A stretch of DNA of 28,907 bases, from NCBI RefSeq assembly GCF_006345805.1, contig NW_021833354.1, positions 1 through 28,907 of the forward strand, given 5' to 3'. Below the pieces are notes generated by a model. The model saw nothing but the letters and a program-made list of their open reading frames with translations. It ran no database searches and was not told the DNA's origin. The translations under genes were made by a program, and so were the position numbers. Shown here in pieces: positions 1 to 11,333 of the stretch; position 1 is the first letter of the stretch; each line of letters starts with the position of its first letter. This DNA comes from Octopus sinensis (lineage: Eukaryota).

Positions 1-517
1 TATGCAGAATGTAAGCTACTGGGAAAGACTCAAGAGATTAAAACTATATTCCTTGGAGCGTAGGCGGGAAAGATATGCCATAATATACATCTGGAAGATC
101 CTGGAGGGACGTGTCCCAAACTTTGGCATCGAGAGTTACACAAATGCCAGAACTGGGCGCCACTGCGTGGTGCCTAGGACTCCAAATTGCCATCAAGATG
201 TCGGACAAGATACTGTGATAGCCTGGGCTTCCGAGGCCCACAGCTCTTCAATATCCTCCCGAAGAACCTGAGAGACCTGCATGGGGTGGATGCAGATGTC
301 TTTAAAATGAAACTGGATCTCTTCCTGTCAGGTGTCCCAGATGAACCAACTTCACGGCAGGAGGTGCAGATGAGGGCAGCTGCATCGAACTCTCTCATGC
401 ACCAAATGGCAGTCGCTAAAAAGCTTTCGTGAAGTAAAACCATGTAGCAACACCAAATGGCGGTGCCCCAGCATGGCCACAGCTCATGAGCTGAAACTAA
501 AATCAATCAATCAATCA

Positions 518-518
<1 letters not shown>
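1..518 (+). mobile_element. CR1-group LINE, 3' end (copy A; runs off the window edge), frameshifted
   Basis: ORFs 2..271 and 187..432 give the RT C-terminal region YWERLKRLKLYSLERRRERYAIIYIWKIL...CDSLGFRGPQLFNILP...KLDLFLSGVPDEP, with a frameshift near 185 and stop TGA at 430-432. The short 3' UTR has the palindrome CAGCTCATGAGCTG (480-493) and an (AATC)n tail (501-518). Confidence 0.9.

Positions 519-546
<28 letters not shown>
519..546. repeat. (AT)n microsatellite
   Basis: Direct reading; abuts the LINE tail. Confidence 0.95.
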
Positions 547-548
<2 letters not shown>

Positions 549-779
549 ATTCGTATGGTTCCTTTCGGTTCAATTTCTGCATTATATTTAGTTGTTTGTG
601 TGCGTGCGTGGAGGGAGGTACAATTACCTCATGTTTATGAAAGCACATAATACATAACTAGGAAGATATGCGCACATACGTATGCGTTTTATACACGCAT
701 ACAAAACATATACACAAGTGATTCAAATAAAACTGACATTATTTCATCTCTCTTTTGTCATATTACATGCGCCATTACC

Positions 780-983
780 ATGATCGTTCTCCTCCGCCTC
801 CTCCTCTCCTCCCTCCTCCTCTGTAGCAGCAGCAACGACATCATCAACATCACATACTCCATGGACATCAGCAGCATGATCATAACCATCATCATCAGCA
901 TCATCAACAACTGCAACACACACACACACAATCACATAAACATACACACATACACGTATACAGACAGACATACATACACTCAC

Positions 984-1033
<50 letters not shown>

Positions 1034-1195
1034 GTATGTATATTTGTATAGCTGTGCGCGTGTGTGCGTTTGTGTGTTTGTGTGTTTGTGTTTCTGTGTG
1101 TATATGTGTGCGTATGTTTGTTGTCTGTTTGTGTTTGTGTGTGCGTGTGTGTGTGTGTGTGTGTGAGTGTGTGCGTGTGTGTGGTGTGTGTGTTT
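780..1195. repeat. Compound microsatellite: degenerate (CAT/CAG)n, then (CA)n facing (TG)n
   Basis: CA tract ~915-1030 is followed directly by a TG tract ~1031-1190. Confidence 0.9.
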
Positions 1196-1267
1196 TACAC
1201 CAACTTGTCAGACAAGAGTAGAGACAGAGAAACAGTTCCACAGATACAGAGACAAATAGAAAATGTT

Positions 1268-1595
1268 CTCTTGTTGTTGGTGGTGCTGGCGGCGGCGGCG
1301 GCGGCGGCAGCGTTGGTGGTTGTGGTGGTGGTGGTGGTGGTGGTGTGGTGGTGGTGGTGGTGGTGGTGGTGGTGGTGGGGCGGCGGCAGCGTTGGTGGTA
1401 GTGGTGGTGGTGGTGGTGGTGGCGGTGGCGGCGGCGGCGGCGTTGTTGTTGGTGGTGGTGGTGGTGGTGGTTGGCGGCGGCGGCGGCGTTGGTGGTGTGG
1501 TGGTGGTGGTGTGGTGGTGTGGTGGTGGTGGTGGTGGTGGTGGTGGTGGCGGCGGCGGTGGTGGTAGTGGTGGTGGTGGTGGTGGTGGTGGTGGT

Positions 1596-1647
<52 letters not shown>

Positions 1648-1710
1648 GTGGTGGTGGTGGTGGTGGTGGTGGTGGTGGTGGTGGTGGTGGTGGTGGTGGT
1701 GGTGGTTTTG
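1268..1710. repeat. (GGT)n/(GGC)n trinucleotide array
   Basis: Direct reading; source of the poly-G/P/V/T ORFs in the track. Confidence 0.95.
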
Positions 1711-1869
1711 TAAGATGGTGTTGGTGGCGGCGAAGGGACACGTGTCATGTTCTCATTCTAGGGATCAACCCTTGTAAATGTTGTTAAGGGGTCACATTAG
1801 ATTAATCTGCACTGATCCCTCTTTTCCAATCAAGCGTGTCTAAAGAGTGCTGCAAGGTATTAAGCAAAC

Positions 1870-2100
1870 TAAAACGGTGACAGCGGCAACAAAAACAACA
1901 ACAACAACGGCAACATCAACAGCAGCGATAACAACGATAACTACAGCAGCACCGACAACAACAACAACAGGAGCAGCAGCAACACCAACAACAGCAGCAG
2001 CAGGAATACCAACAATATTGCTAAAATTAAAAGCTACGACAGCAAAAACAGTTCCAGTAGGAACTTCATCAATCTCAGCAAACAAAAGTAGCAACAAGGA
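1870..2100. repeat. Degenerate (CAA/CAG)n low-complexity tract
   Basis: Direct reading. Confidence 0.8.
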
Positions 2101-2257
2101 GTTTCCTGTCGTGGATGCTCGACCTACGAGAAATAGCAGCTACATTCCCTTCGAGATAATGTCAATGTCTTAACGAAGAATACGTAGAGTATTCTTAGAA
2201 AAACTGAAAGAAACCGGTCGTATATATATATATATATATAATATATACATATATAAA

Positions 2258-2530
2258 GTTAATCCAAACAAGAAAACAAAAAGACAACAACGCGAGGATG
2301 TGGAACAAATGAAGTATTATTGGGCACTCAGGAAGAAAGGGAAGAAGGAGGGTATGACGTTTCGAGCGAAGCTCTTCGTCGGAAACATAGGAGAAAGAAA
2401 GATCCCGAGGTGGGAGGACAGAGGAGAAAAAAATGCAAGTGGTCTTCACGAGGTCACATACTGAAAAGGCGGAAGTGGTAAACAAGAGGGAGCAGGTTTT
2501 CAAAGACAGGAGAGCGGAATCAAAGAAGGA
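2258..2530 (-). mobile_element. Short HHR-bearing interspersed repeat (Penelope pLTR/retrozyme-like, family 1)
   Basis: Homologous by eye to 19500-19700 (+), 19745-19895 (-) and 22325-22503 (+). Contains an HHR motif and abuts (TA)n. Confidence 0.65.
2352..2387 (-). ncRNA. Minimal type I hammerhead ribozyme motif (variant core CCGACGA)
   Basis: Minus strand reads TGTTT-CCGACGA-A-GAGC-TTC-GCTC-GAAA-CG-TC^ATAC: perfect stem II, palindromic ACGT stem III, GUC cleavage triplet, imperfect stem I. Confidence 0.65.
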
Positions 2531-2639
2531 ATATATATATATATATTTGATTTCCTTTTCCTCTACTTAACTTGTCTCTTCCTCTCTCTCATTCTTCACT
2601 CTCTCTCTCTCTCCCTCTCCATTCTTCATGGTTTCCTCG

Positions 2640-2749
2640 CAGCCATTCCCCTTCTCTCCCTTTCCCTTGCTCCTCCTCCCCCCTCCCGTCGCTGACCCGC
2701 GACGAGACTTCCGCTGCCGTCTTTCTGGCCTGGCCCTCTCAAGGTATGG
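2640..2749 (+). promoter_or_regulatory. Possible CpG-rich promoter / first exon with 5' splice donor
   Basis: Local CpG-rich stretch in an AT-rich background, ETS-type ACTTCCGC at 2707-2714, and AAG|GTATGG donor at 2743/2744. Confidence 0.25.
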
Positions 2750-3614
2750 ACGACAATTCTTTTTTCTCCGCTCGTCGTTCATAAAAAAATCCGCGTTCGC
2801 AATACTTTTTTTCGTTCGGCGTTAACAGCCCTTCTTATCTTTTTTTTCCTTGTCCTGTCTTTTATTGTTTATAATTTGTACTGTCGTTACTGTCCTGTTT
2901 TTGTTACCATTTTTTACCCCTCTGCGAAAAGATCTCAGAATTTTAATTGATTTGCTTTTCGCAGGAAGGAAAGTTTCTTGTCGAAGATACGTCTCGCTTT
3001 CACCTTCGAAACGTAGAGTAGATGAAACCATAGCGACTGAAGAAAGGGTTTTTTCTTTGTGTTAATTGTCCTGTACTCTATTTTTTTGTTGTTGTTTAAA
3101 AAAATGTCCAGTTCCTTTGGTTTGTGTCTATGTTTTCGTTTCTCATTGTGTTCGACGTCTTTTTGGTGTCCTGTACTCATATGCGTGTATATGTACATGT
3201 AGAGATAGGTAGGTACATATATGTTTATATATATGCATATGTTTTATTTTATTTATTAATATATATATATACAAGATAAGAAAATGGAGAAATACATCTA
3301 AATCAAATATCAATTACCAGATAATACTCAATCACATACTTTATTAAACCATCACATAAGAGACTGTAGGGTTAAACATAAAAAACAGAACAAATCAGTG
3401 TACATAAAGGAATGTACATAAAAAAGTGTACATAAAAGAGTAATGCTGTATAATAAGTACAATATATATAAAAAAGAGAATATAAATATAAGTAAATATT
3501 GATTGCATCGCAATCCTTAACATTTATGTATTAACTTTGTTGGGTACTTCACTAGCAGTATATTGGATATACGTTATCCCATAGAGGGTTGCATTTACAA
3601 CCCCTATCTCAATT

Positions 3615-3655
<41 letters not shown>

Positions 3656-3677
3656 GACCGGCTTCTTTATATATATA

Positions 3678-3810
3678 TTGCTTCCCAACCACATGGCTTC
3701 GTGTTCAGTCCCACTGCGTGGCACCTTGAGCAAGTTTCTTTTTCTAAAGCCTCGGGCCGACCAAACTCTTGTGAGTGAATTTGGTAGACGGAAACTGAAA
3801 GAAGCCCGTC
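3678..3810 (+). mobile_element. tRNA-derived SINE family 1, 5' half (3' half displaced to ~5197-5392 by a LINE insertion)
   Basis: Matches the 5' half of the intact copies at 25418-25800 and 26536-26966 (B-box-like GTTCAGTCCC, GGCACCTTG(G/A)GCAAG, GGTAGACGGAAACTGAAAGAAGCCCGTC). Confidence 0.85.
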
Positions 3811-3830
3811 CTGTATGTATGTATTTATTG

Positions 3831-3870
<40 letters not shown>

Positions 3871-3891
3871 TGTGTGTGTGTGTGTGTGTGT

Positions 3892-5120
3892 GTGACGTAA
3901 TCTACCTTGATTTTGCAAAAGCTTTTGACAAGGTGGATCATGGTATGATATGCCACAAACTGCGTGACCTCGGCATAGCTGGAAAACTTGGAGTGTGGTT
4001 ACATGATTTCCTGAAAGATAGGAGTCAGGCAGTAGTGGTTAATGGAGCCACCTCTATGAACACACAAATAGTGAGTGGTGTTCCACAGGGCACTGTCTTG
4101 GGACCACTGCTTTTTATAGTGGCCCTCTCAGATATGCCCTCAAATGCCCGGATAGCCACTCTGGCAAGCTATGCAGACGATACGAAAGTCTCGCAGAAAA
4201 TACAGAACCCCAGCGATGTTGCACACCTGCAGCAGGAGTTGGACTCAATCTACAGATGGGCTGAGGATAATAATATGCAGTTTAATGCTGAAAAATTCCA
4301 GGCCCTGCGCTACCAGCATCCAAAACTGAATAGTAAACTTACAGGATACACCGGTCCACAGGGAATCTCAATCCCAGAGCCTAAGTCTGTGAGGGACCTG
4401 GGTATCGACATGAGCGATGATACATCTTTCCAAATGCACATTACCAGGATGGCGACAAAGTGCAGACGACTGGCTGGATGGATCCTAAGAACATTCAGAA
4501 CCAGAGATAAGGAAACCATGATGGTCCTCTGGCGGACATTCGTCCTCAGCCGCCTGGATTACTGCTCACAGTTATGGTCACCCACCAGTGTAAAATTAAC
4601 AGCGGACCTTGAAGCAATCCAGAGAAGATTCACAAAGAAGATCGTCTCTTTGCAACAGCTCAGCTACTGGGAAAGGTTGAAACAGCTAAGACTCTACTCC
4701 CTGTAGAGAGGACGGGAGAGGTATGCAGTAATATATGTCTGGAAGATCCTAGAAGGAATTGTGCCAAATTTTGGCATTGTAAGCTACACCAATGCTAGAA
4801 CGGGACGACACTGCATAGTGCCAAAGATCCCAGCAAAGCTATCACGCTTCAGGACCAGCTTCTGCAATAGCCTGGGTTTCAAGGGCTCACAGCTTTTTAA
4901 TATTCTCCCAAAGAGTCTGAGGAACTTCCACAAAGTAGATGTAGCGGTTTTTAAATCAAAGCTGGACATCTTCCTGTCGAGAGTCCCAGATGAACCTACC
5001 TCACGGCAAGAGGTGCAAATGAGAGTAGCTATATCAAACTCCATTCTTCACCAAGTGCCACATATTAGAGGAGGTTCTTTAGCGGTGCATCAGCATGGCC
5101 GCAGCTCTGAGCTGAAACAA

Positions 5121-5123
<3 letters not shown>
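3892..5123 (+). mobile_element. CR1-group LINE, 5'-truncated (copy B), RT pseudogene with one nonsense codon
   Basis: RT motifs DVIYLDFAKAFDKVDH, SGVPQGTVLGPLLF, SYADDTK, RDLGI, SRLDYCSQLWSP. Premature TAG at 4704-4706 where copy A has GAG; the same frame continues through ORF 4761..5303. 3' motif GCGGTGC..CAGCATGGCCGCAGCTCTGAGCTGAAAC at 5082-5118. Confidence 0.92.
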
Positions 5124-5176
<53 letters not shown>

Positions 5177-5196
5177 TATATATACATATATTTACG

Positions 5197-5392
5197 TATG
5201 TGTCTTTGTTTGGCCTCCCACCATCACTTATGTTTGTCCCCCCAAACTTAGCGGTTCGGCAAAAAGGACCAATAGAATAAGTACTAGGCTTACTAAAGAA
5301 TAAGTTCTCGGGTCGATTTCTTCGACTAAAAAACACTTTAAGGCGGTGCTCCAGCATAGCCGCAGTCAAATGATTGAAACAAGTAATAGAAT
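5197..5392 (+). mobile_element. SINE family 1, 3' half
   Basis: TTAGCGGTTCGGCAAAA...GACTAA...AAGGCGGTGCTCCAGCATAGCCGCAGTCAAATGATTGAAAC matches the 3' half of 25418-25800. Confidence 0.85.
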
Positions 5393-5575
5393 AAAAAAGT
5401 AAAAGAATATACATTTATATATATAAATGGCAATTTCTGTCTGTCTGTCTGTTTAGTGCCAAATTTAACAAACCAATATTTTGGATATATTTGGGGTACT
5501 TAATTGTGCTCATGACGTGGTGTTTGCTTCTTCCATGGGTATAAGTAAGTATTTCATTTATTCCTTTGCCGCATT

Positions 5576-5629
5576 TATCACTGACGAAAAGAAGGTTCTT
5601 ATGAATTAACTCTGAAATCGGGTCCGATA
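5576..5629 (+). ncRNA. Degenerate hammerhead-like motif (canonical core CTGACGA)
   Basis: TATCA-CTGACGA-[AAAGAAGGTTC-TTAT-GAATTAACTCT]-GAAA-TCGG-GTC^CGATA. Stem I has 4 of 5 pairs; stems II and III are imperfect. Confidence 0.4.
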
Positions 5630-5778
5630 TGGTAATAACGAAATTTTAAAGAAATTTCTGTCGGCTTTCTTCGAAATACGTGCTTTTAGTGATGACTTAT
5701 TTGGTTATGGACAATGTGTCTAGTTTCGGCATGTTTGGCACTAGAAATTTTTTTCTTTTGCCCTTGTTTATAAGTTGC

Positions 5779-5841
<63 letters not shown>

Positions 5842-5843
<2 letters not shown>

Positions 5844-5941
5844 CGTATATTTGCCATTTAAATATGGCTAGTTTGTAGCCCCAGGAGGACACCTCCTTCA
5901 GCTGGCTTTAGACACACTTTCTGTGCCCTATCAGTATTTGC
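5842..5941 (+). repeat. Direct repeat A (left), pLTR-like unit
   Basis: Matches 11706-11830 with 4 substitutions and lacks a 25-nt segment (AACTCCTAAGGGTGGATGCTACTGT). Confidence 0.9.
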
Positions 5942-5978
5942 AAAAGGAAGCCACCCTTCCCGTTTTCAACTTATGATA

Positions 5979-6023
5979 CACACGGACTCGAGTTTCTGAT
6001 TGTTGACCCATCATCGACGTGTG
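5979..6023 (-). ncRNA. Minimal type I hammerhead ribozyme motif (family 2; variant core TCGATGA)
   Basis: Minus strand reads CACACG-TCGATGA-TGGGTCAACAATCA-GAAA-CTCGAG-TC^CGTGTG: perfect 6-bp stem I, palindromic ACTCGAGT stem III, GUC triplet, weak stem II. Confidence 0.65.
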
Positions 6024-6044
6024 ACAATCACAGTTGTCGATGAA
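6021..6044. repeat. Target-site duplication (left) of the L1/Tx1 element
   Basis: GTGACAATCACAGTTGTCGATGAA versus GTAACAATCATAGTTGTCGATGAA at 11557-11580 (22/24 identical). Confidence 0.85.
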
Positions 6045-6298
6045 TTTCTTTATTACGATTAGAAAATCATTACATAGAAGGACAATACAGGACATACATA
6101 CAAAAAACAGTTAAGTGGTTCGATTAAAAATTTTCCATAACATTTGGATTATTCATTATACAAAATTTGTATTAAAATTGTCCTTTGCATGACCAATAGC
6201 ACATTACAACATTACATTAACTTGCGATCTTACCGATATTTTAAACCCCGGCAACCTATAAGGCCCCGCAGCTTTTCTTTCCTCTCCTCCATCCATAG

Positions 6299-9200
6299 TT
6301 AAGCTGGTTTTCTGACACCCACCTTTTTTGCCACTTCCTTCCATCTTTTTTCATACACACCTCGTGGTAAGATCTTCTTTTCCAGCCCCATTTTGCTCTT
6401 CAGATGATATCTGAAGTAAGTGAGCAAGCCGGGGCCTGAGACAAAGGATCCTATTGCGACTCCTTCCATTCTTGTACGCCACATGTATTCTTTTACTACT
6501 GCAACCGTGCAGTGAAAACATACCTCACCTTCCTTCGAGAGTCCAGTTGGCGGTATCATCTTAATCATAGACTCAGCCGACAGCTGTACTCGTCCCAGAT
6601 GCGATAACACGTGTTCTGCGTAACTTATCAAGTCTGACAACTTCCGACAGTGTACAAAAGCGTGCTGGACGGTTTCATCGTCCAACCCGCATCTTGGACA
6701 CGTCGGTGGCACTGAAATTCCGTGCCGCGATAACTTCTCGCGAACAGGTAAAGCATTCCTATAACACTGCCAGGCCAGGGATCTTTGGAAATTATCCAAA
6801 TACCTCGTCCTGAAAGTCTTTTTAAACAGATTGGTAAGCTGGTCTTCGTCAAACCCCAGAGCCCCTCCTAGGACGTCGTCGTTCTTTGCCTCTACCAGCC
6901 TGCTATAAAATACCGAGGTGGTATTTCCGCAGCCGGCCTTGCCGGCCTTGCCCGCCTTGTGGATCAGCGTGAGTGCCTGTCGGCACTCCTTTTGCCATAA
7001 AGTCAGATTCCGTCTTTTGATGCGACCAGGTTTAAAATTCACTAAGGAAGCCGGTCTCGGGAAAAGTTCCCCTGCCAGCGGACTCCACACCTTATCACCC
7101 TCCAGGTGGTGCCAGAGATGCTTCAGCCTCAACACATGTCTGCGCATCATCAACCAAGGCATTCCTAACCCACCCTTTAACGGTTCCTGGCAGCAAACGG
7201 AGCGCCTCACAAGTGGCTTTCCTCCCTTCCACAAAAAGCGGAAAAGGATTCGCTCCAACTTGCTAAGCCATGAATCGGGGCAAGGGACAGCGGTCAGGCG
7301 GTAAGTGATTACAGATGCAATGAACATCTGTACCACCTCCGCCCTTCCTTTCAAGGACAGAAACCTTCCGGACCAGGTCCGTACTATGGCCTCCACCTTG
7401 CCCGTCACCTCACTCCAATTCCTCTCCGTTTGGGAGTCTGATCCAAACCAAACTCCTAGCAACTTAACAGGACCATCCGTCCAGTGTCCCACGACACTGG
7501 ACGATATCGACTTGCTCCTCCAGGTGCCAAGGCGCAAGCCAACCGACTTGTCCTTGTTAACCCTTGCTCCTGCCACCGCCTCGTATCCTCTGATAGCCTC
7601 TTCTACACAAGGTAGCTGGGCCTCATTGGACACGATGAGGGTGACGTCATCCGCATAAGCAGTAACCGTCCTCCCACCTCCGATCTCATCCGGGTTACTT
7701 CCCAGCCTCCCCAACTTTCGCAGCAATGGCTCGAGAGCCAACACGTACAAAAGTGGTGACAAGGGGCACCCTTGACGAACTGAACATTCGATCGAAAACG
7801 GTTCCGTTAGGTAACCGTTTATCTGGACGGTGGACTTGATGCCGCTATACATAGCGGAGATCCACCCGCGAAATTCAGGGCCCAGTCCAGCCGCTTCGAG
7901 GACCGTCGCCAGATACTTATGGTCTACCCTATCGAACGCTTTACTTTGGTCTAAATGGACCATTACCCCGCCTTTGCCGGTTAATTTACCCACCCTATCT
8001 AAGGTGTAGCGTATAAGGTGAAGATTGTCCTGGATCGACCTGCCTGGAATTGCACATGTCTGTGCTTTCCCTACAGGTTTCTCCACGACAATCGTCAACC
8101 TTTTTGCCAACACCTTGGCCAAAATCTTTAACTCTACATTAAGTAGAGTTATGGGCCTGTAATTACTAATGTTATCCCCCTTGTTCGGGTCTTTCTGGAT
8201 TAGCGTCACCACTCCCCGGCTTACAGAACTGGGAATCCTCCCATTCTGCTGCCAGTTCGTGTAGACGCCTGCTAATATTCCCCCGAACAAGTCCGGCATA
8301 CTTTGGTAAAACTCGTAGGGCAGACCATCCAACCCCGGCGACTTCTATTTCCGCGGGAGTGATCGCTTCTTCACAGCACTCCACCTCACACCCCGAGAGC
8401 CGCGGTCCGCCGGCTAGGAAGTCCTTTAAGGCCCTCCCCCGCTCCGGCGCCACACCACCCCTGAACACGCGGGCGAAATGCTGGTGAAGAAACTTTTGCA
8501 TCTCCTCCTGTCCATAGATCTTTTGTCCCTGTTCGTCAGTTAAAGACTTGATTGAAGCTTTGTTGCCTCTCTGACTCTCCACTCGACGGGCCCATCCGGC
8601 AACGTTAATACCTTCTCGTTTCCCAGCGCGTAGCTTAGCTCTGACTCTGCAACCTTCGTGTTTGGAGTTAAGGTGGCAGAAACGTTAGCACGCCGGGCGA
8701 AATGCCTAACGGTATTTCGTCTGCGTTACGTTGTGAGTTCAAATACCGCCGAGGTCGACTTTGCCTTTCATCCTTTCGGGGTCGATAAATTAAGTACCAG
8801 TTACGCACTGGGGTCAATGTAATTGACTTAATACCTATGTCTGTCCTTGTTTGTCCCCTCTGTGTTTAGCCCCTTGTGGGTAATAAAGAAATAGGTACAA
8901 TACCGTCCTTGCCGCCATCACTCCGGATGCAGAGCCAGCTTCCATTGCCTCGTTTAGATTCTTAACTAAATCGTCCTCTATCCTAGACCTATCTAACCTT
9001 AGCTGATTGCTAAATCTAATGGACTCTGAACGAATGGCTCTTTTGAGGGAGTGCCACCATCTATTGTTAATGATGGTGCCACATAATGCCCTCTCTACTA
9101 ACACCTTAATCCGGGTACGGAAGTCTTCACAATTCAAAATAGACTTGTTCAGCTTCCAGTACCCGGGTCCCTGTCTATGGCACTTATCTAATTGCATCCT

Positions 9201-9884
9201 ACACGTCACAAATTTGTGATCCGTGTAAGGCACAATGTGAAACTGTGGACAACTAAACGTATCCTTATCTCTTTTCTTGACGAATATCCTATCTATATAC
9301 GATCTGTGTGAGCCGTCGTTGTTACTCCACGTCCACTGTGGAACGCTCGGCTCATCCAGTCGATAACGGTCCACTAGATCAAAGCTCTCTAGTAGACCCT
9401 TGAGGCTAGGGTTCCCCTTCCTATTGGTTGAGCCAACACTGTCGACCCGCGCTTCAAGGACAGTGTTAAAGTCCCCTACTAAGACTACCGTTTTCGACGT
9501 CGCTAAAAAGGGCTCCAGATTCCGAAAAAAACCCGCCTGCCTACACTCATTCGGAGCGTAGACAGCTACCAACCTGAAGGACTGTTTACTTACGTGGGTC
9601 ACATCCAGAACGACCAGCCTGCCTTCTGGGTCCAGAAAGACAGTACTTACCTGCAAGTCCAAGCTCTTCCTGATAAGGACTGCCACGCCTCTTCCTCTTC
9701 CTCGGCTAGGAGAAATAAATTTCTCGAAACCATTTAGAAGAGGCGAGAACGCTTGGGCCCCGTTCATCTTGGACTCGGTTGCAATAGCTACGTCCACTCC
9801 ATGTGTCGTGAGGTCGTTCAGGAAACAAATTTGTTTCCATTTCGACCCCATTCCACGTACATTCACACGACCCAGCTTTGCCAT
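6299..9884 (-). pseudogene. L1/Tx1 ORF2: APE endonuclease + reverse transcriptase + C-terminal Cys/His motif, interrupted
   Basis: EN motifs: VNVRG, IATESK, VAVYAPN, LVGDFN, WTW, SYIDRIF, TDHK. RT motifs: KSPGLDG (alternative frame at ~8340), YRPITLLNVELKILAK, LDQSKAFDRVDH, VRQGCPLSP, AYADDV. C-terminal CPRC...HAFVHC. Interrupted by a SINE (8675-8896) and a frameshifting deletion near 8345. Confidence 0.92.
8675..8892 (+). mobile_element. tRNA-derived SINE family 2 inserted antisense into L1 ORF2
   Basis: GGCAGAAACGTTAGCACGCCGGGCGAAATG...GAGTTCAAATACCGCCGAGGTCGACTTTGCCTTTCATCCTTTCGGGGTCGATAAA...AAAGAAAT. Reverse-complement match to 20224-20454. AGGT on both sides (8671-8674, 8893-8896). Confidence 0.9.
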
Positions 9885-9929
9885 TGTCGGTGAGAGAAAA
9901 AATAAATAAACTTACGGTTGAGAAAGGGA

Positions 9930-11333
9930 TCATGACAGTTTAAATCTGCCCGCTTCCCCTTCTTCCTCCCTTGTGGTCGTAGCTGCAGGGCTCTTAACCG
10001 GCGTTGCCACCGGGCTCTGGGTAGGTGTGGTTGCCGGGGTTATAATAAGTTTACCCTCCAGTACTTCCTTCGTTACATCTCTTATAAGCCTATTCTTCAA
10101 ATGTTCTTGCAGTGTTTCTTCCTTCCACTCGTCTTCCTTTATTTTTGCGAAGCGAGTGGTTGCTTTTGTGTCTGTAGACTTGCTGAATAGTTTAAATTTT
10201 GAAAATTTAAAATATTTGTACACCCTATCGTTCTTCTCGTCAAATGCTATAGTCTTATCATTTAAAAAAAAAATTTTTTCAAATCTTGTTTTATGGGGAG
10301 GGGCTTGGCGAACTGTGTTCCAATGAATACAGTGCCGTGGGGGTAGGGCTGGGGAATTTGTTTTGTCTGTATGTCTGCGGTGTTTGCTGATTTTTTCCTT
10401 GTTTGGGTGTTATCTTTTTTTCTTTTGTGTGTCACTTGTGTATATTCCATTTGTTCATTAAAATCCTCCGTTTCGGTTTCTTTCCTTGTCGCCGTCTTGG
10501 GTTCTTTTTCCGCCTTCTCCCTTTCAGTGTTTGAAGCACTTTGAGGAGGGGCTTCGTTGATTTTCTTTTTTTTTTTAAACAGTTTGAGCGGACGTGACCC
10601 TTTTCGCCACATTTAAAGCACCTAGGTCTGCGCCCCTCCACTGACACTCTCATTGAAGTTCCATCCTCATTAAATACCCTATCGGGCAAGTTTTCCAGTA
10701 TCTTATTTTCTGCTTGAACGAGGAGTTCTAGCGTTTGTCCTTTCCAGCGCACCTCCTCTTTCCTTCTCATCTCCAGAATTGAAACTTCCCGCTCTACGTT
10801 GTGCAGGACTGCCGCTGCTACCCACATTATGTCGTATCCTTCGGTATATCCTCTACATGTAGTTTGGCTGTTCTTTTCCCCATATACGAGGGTAGCAACA
10901 TGATATCCTCACTTTTCAAGGTCATTGATGACACCTCTCTTGCCACCTCAGCCGAGTCGAAATGTGCTTCAACGGTAGCGCTGCGAGTACCTCGAACAAC
11001 GTGGCGAATTTTGTCCCATACCGGGGACAAGCACTTTTCTACTATCTCGTTTTTGACATCCATGATTTTTTTTTCTTTGTTGCTATAAACTTTGTATACA
11101 ACTGTCTTTGCCTTTATTTCCTGTACCTTCGCTTGCGGCGGTACCAGTTTAATTTCATTGCCTTCCATTTTTACTAAGTTCCGAAATTCGAATAACTGTT
11201 CAATCTTAAATTCTACATCCGTTATGGTTCCGCCCACTGCGGCCGAAAAAGACTGTTTTTTGACTTCGGTATCCTTTGGTTCACCTTTTCCCATCACGGG
11301 AAAGTCACTCTTCGACGCCAAGTCGAAATCCAT
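9930..11333 (-). pseudogene. L1/Tx1 ORF1 (gag-like nucleic-acid-binding protein with CCHC zinc knuckle), frameshifted
   Basis: Four overlapping ORF pieces (10827-11333, 10432-10827, 10262-10612, 9930-10223). CFKCGEKGHVRSNC = CX2CX4HX4C at 10620-10579. Frame breaks at ~10827 and at homopolymer runs ~10565 and ~10270. Confidence 0.8.

Noticed and set aside
744-1787. Long ORFs rich in T/P/H/G/V/C
   Set aside because: They are translations of CA/TG/GGT microsatellites with no domain content.
1813-1860. 22-nt micro-exon (VSKECCK) with AG/GT ends
   Set aside because: Weak donor, no partner exons; expected by chance.
5410-5748. Second Helitron/HINE (ATATATAAATGGC..(TCTG)n, 10-bp inverted TAGTGCCAAA, CTAG end)
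   Set aside because: No 5' TC and no convincing 3' hairpin; too weak to call.
8835-8900. C-terminal tail of ORF 8835..9884 as a true protein end
   Set aside because: It is read-through into the antisense SINE; the true ORF2 continues at 8674.
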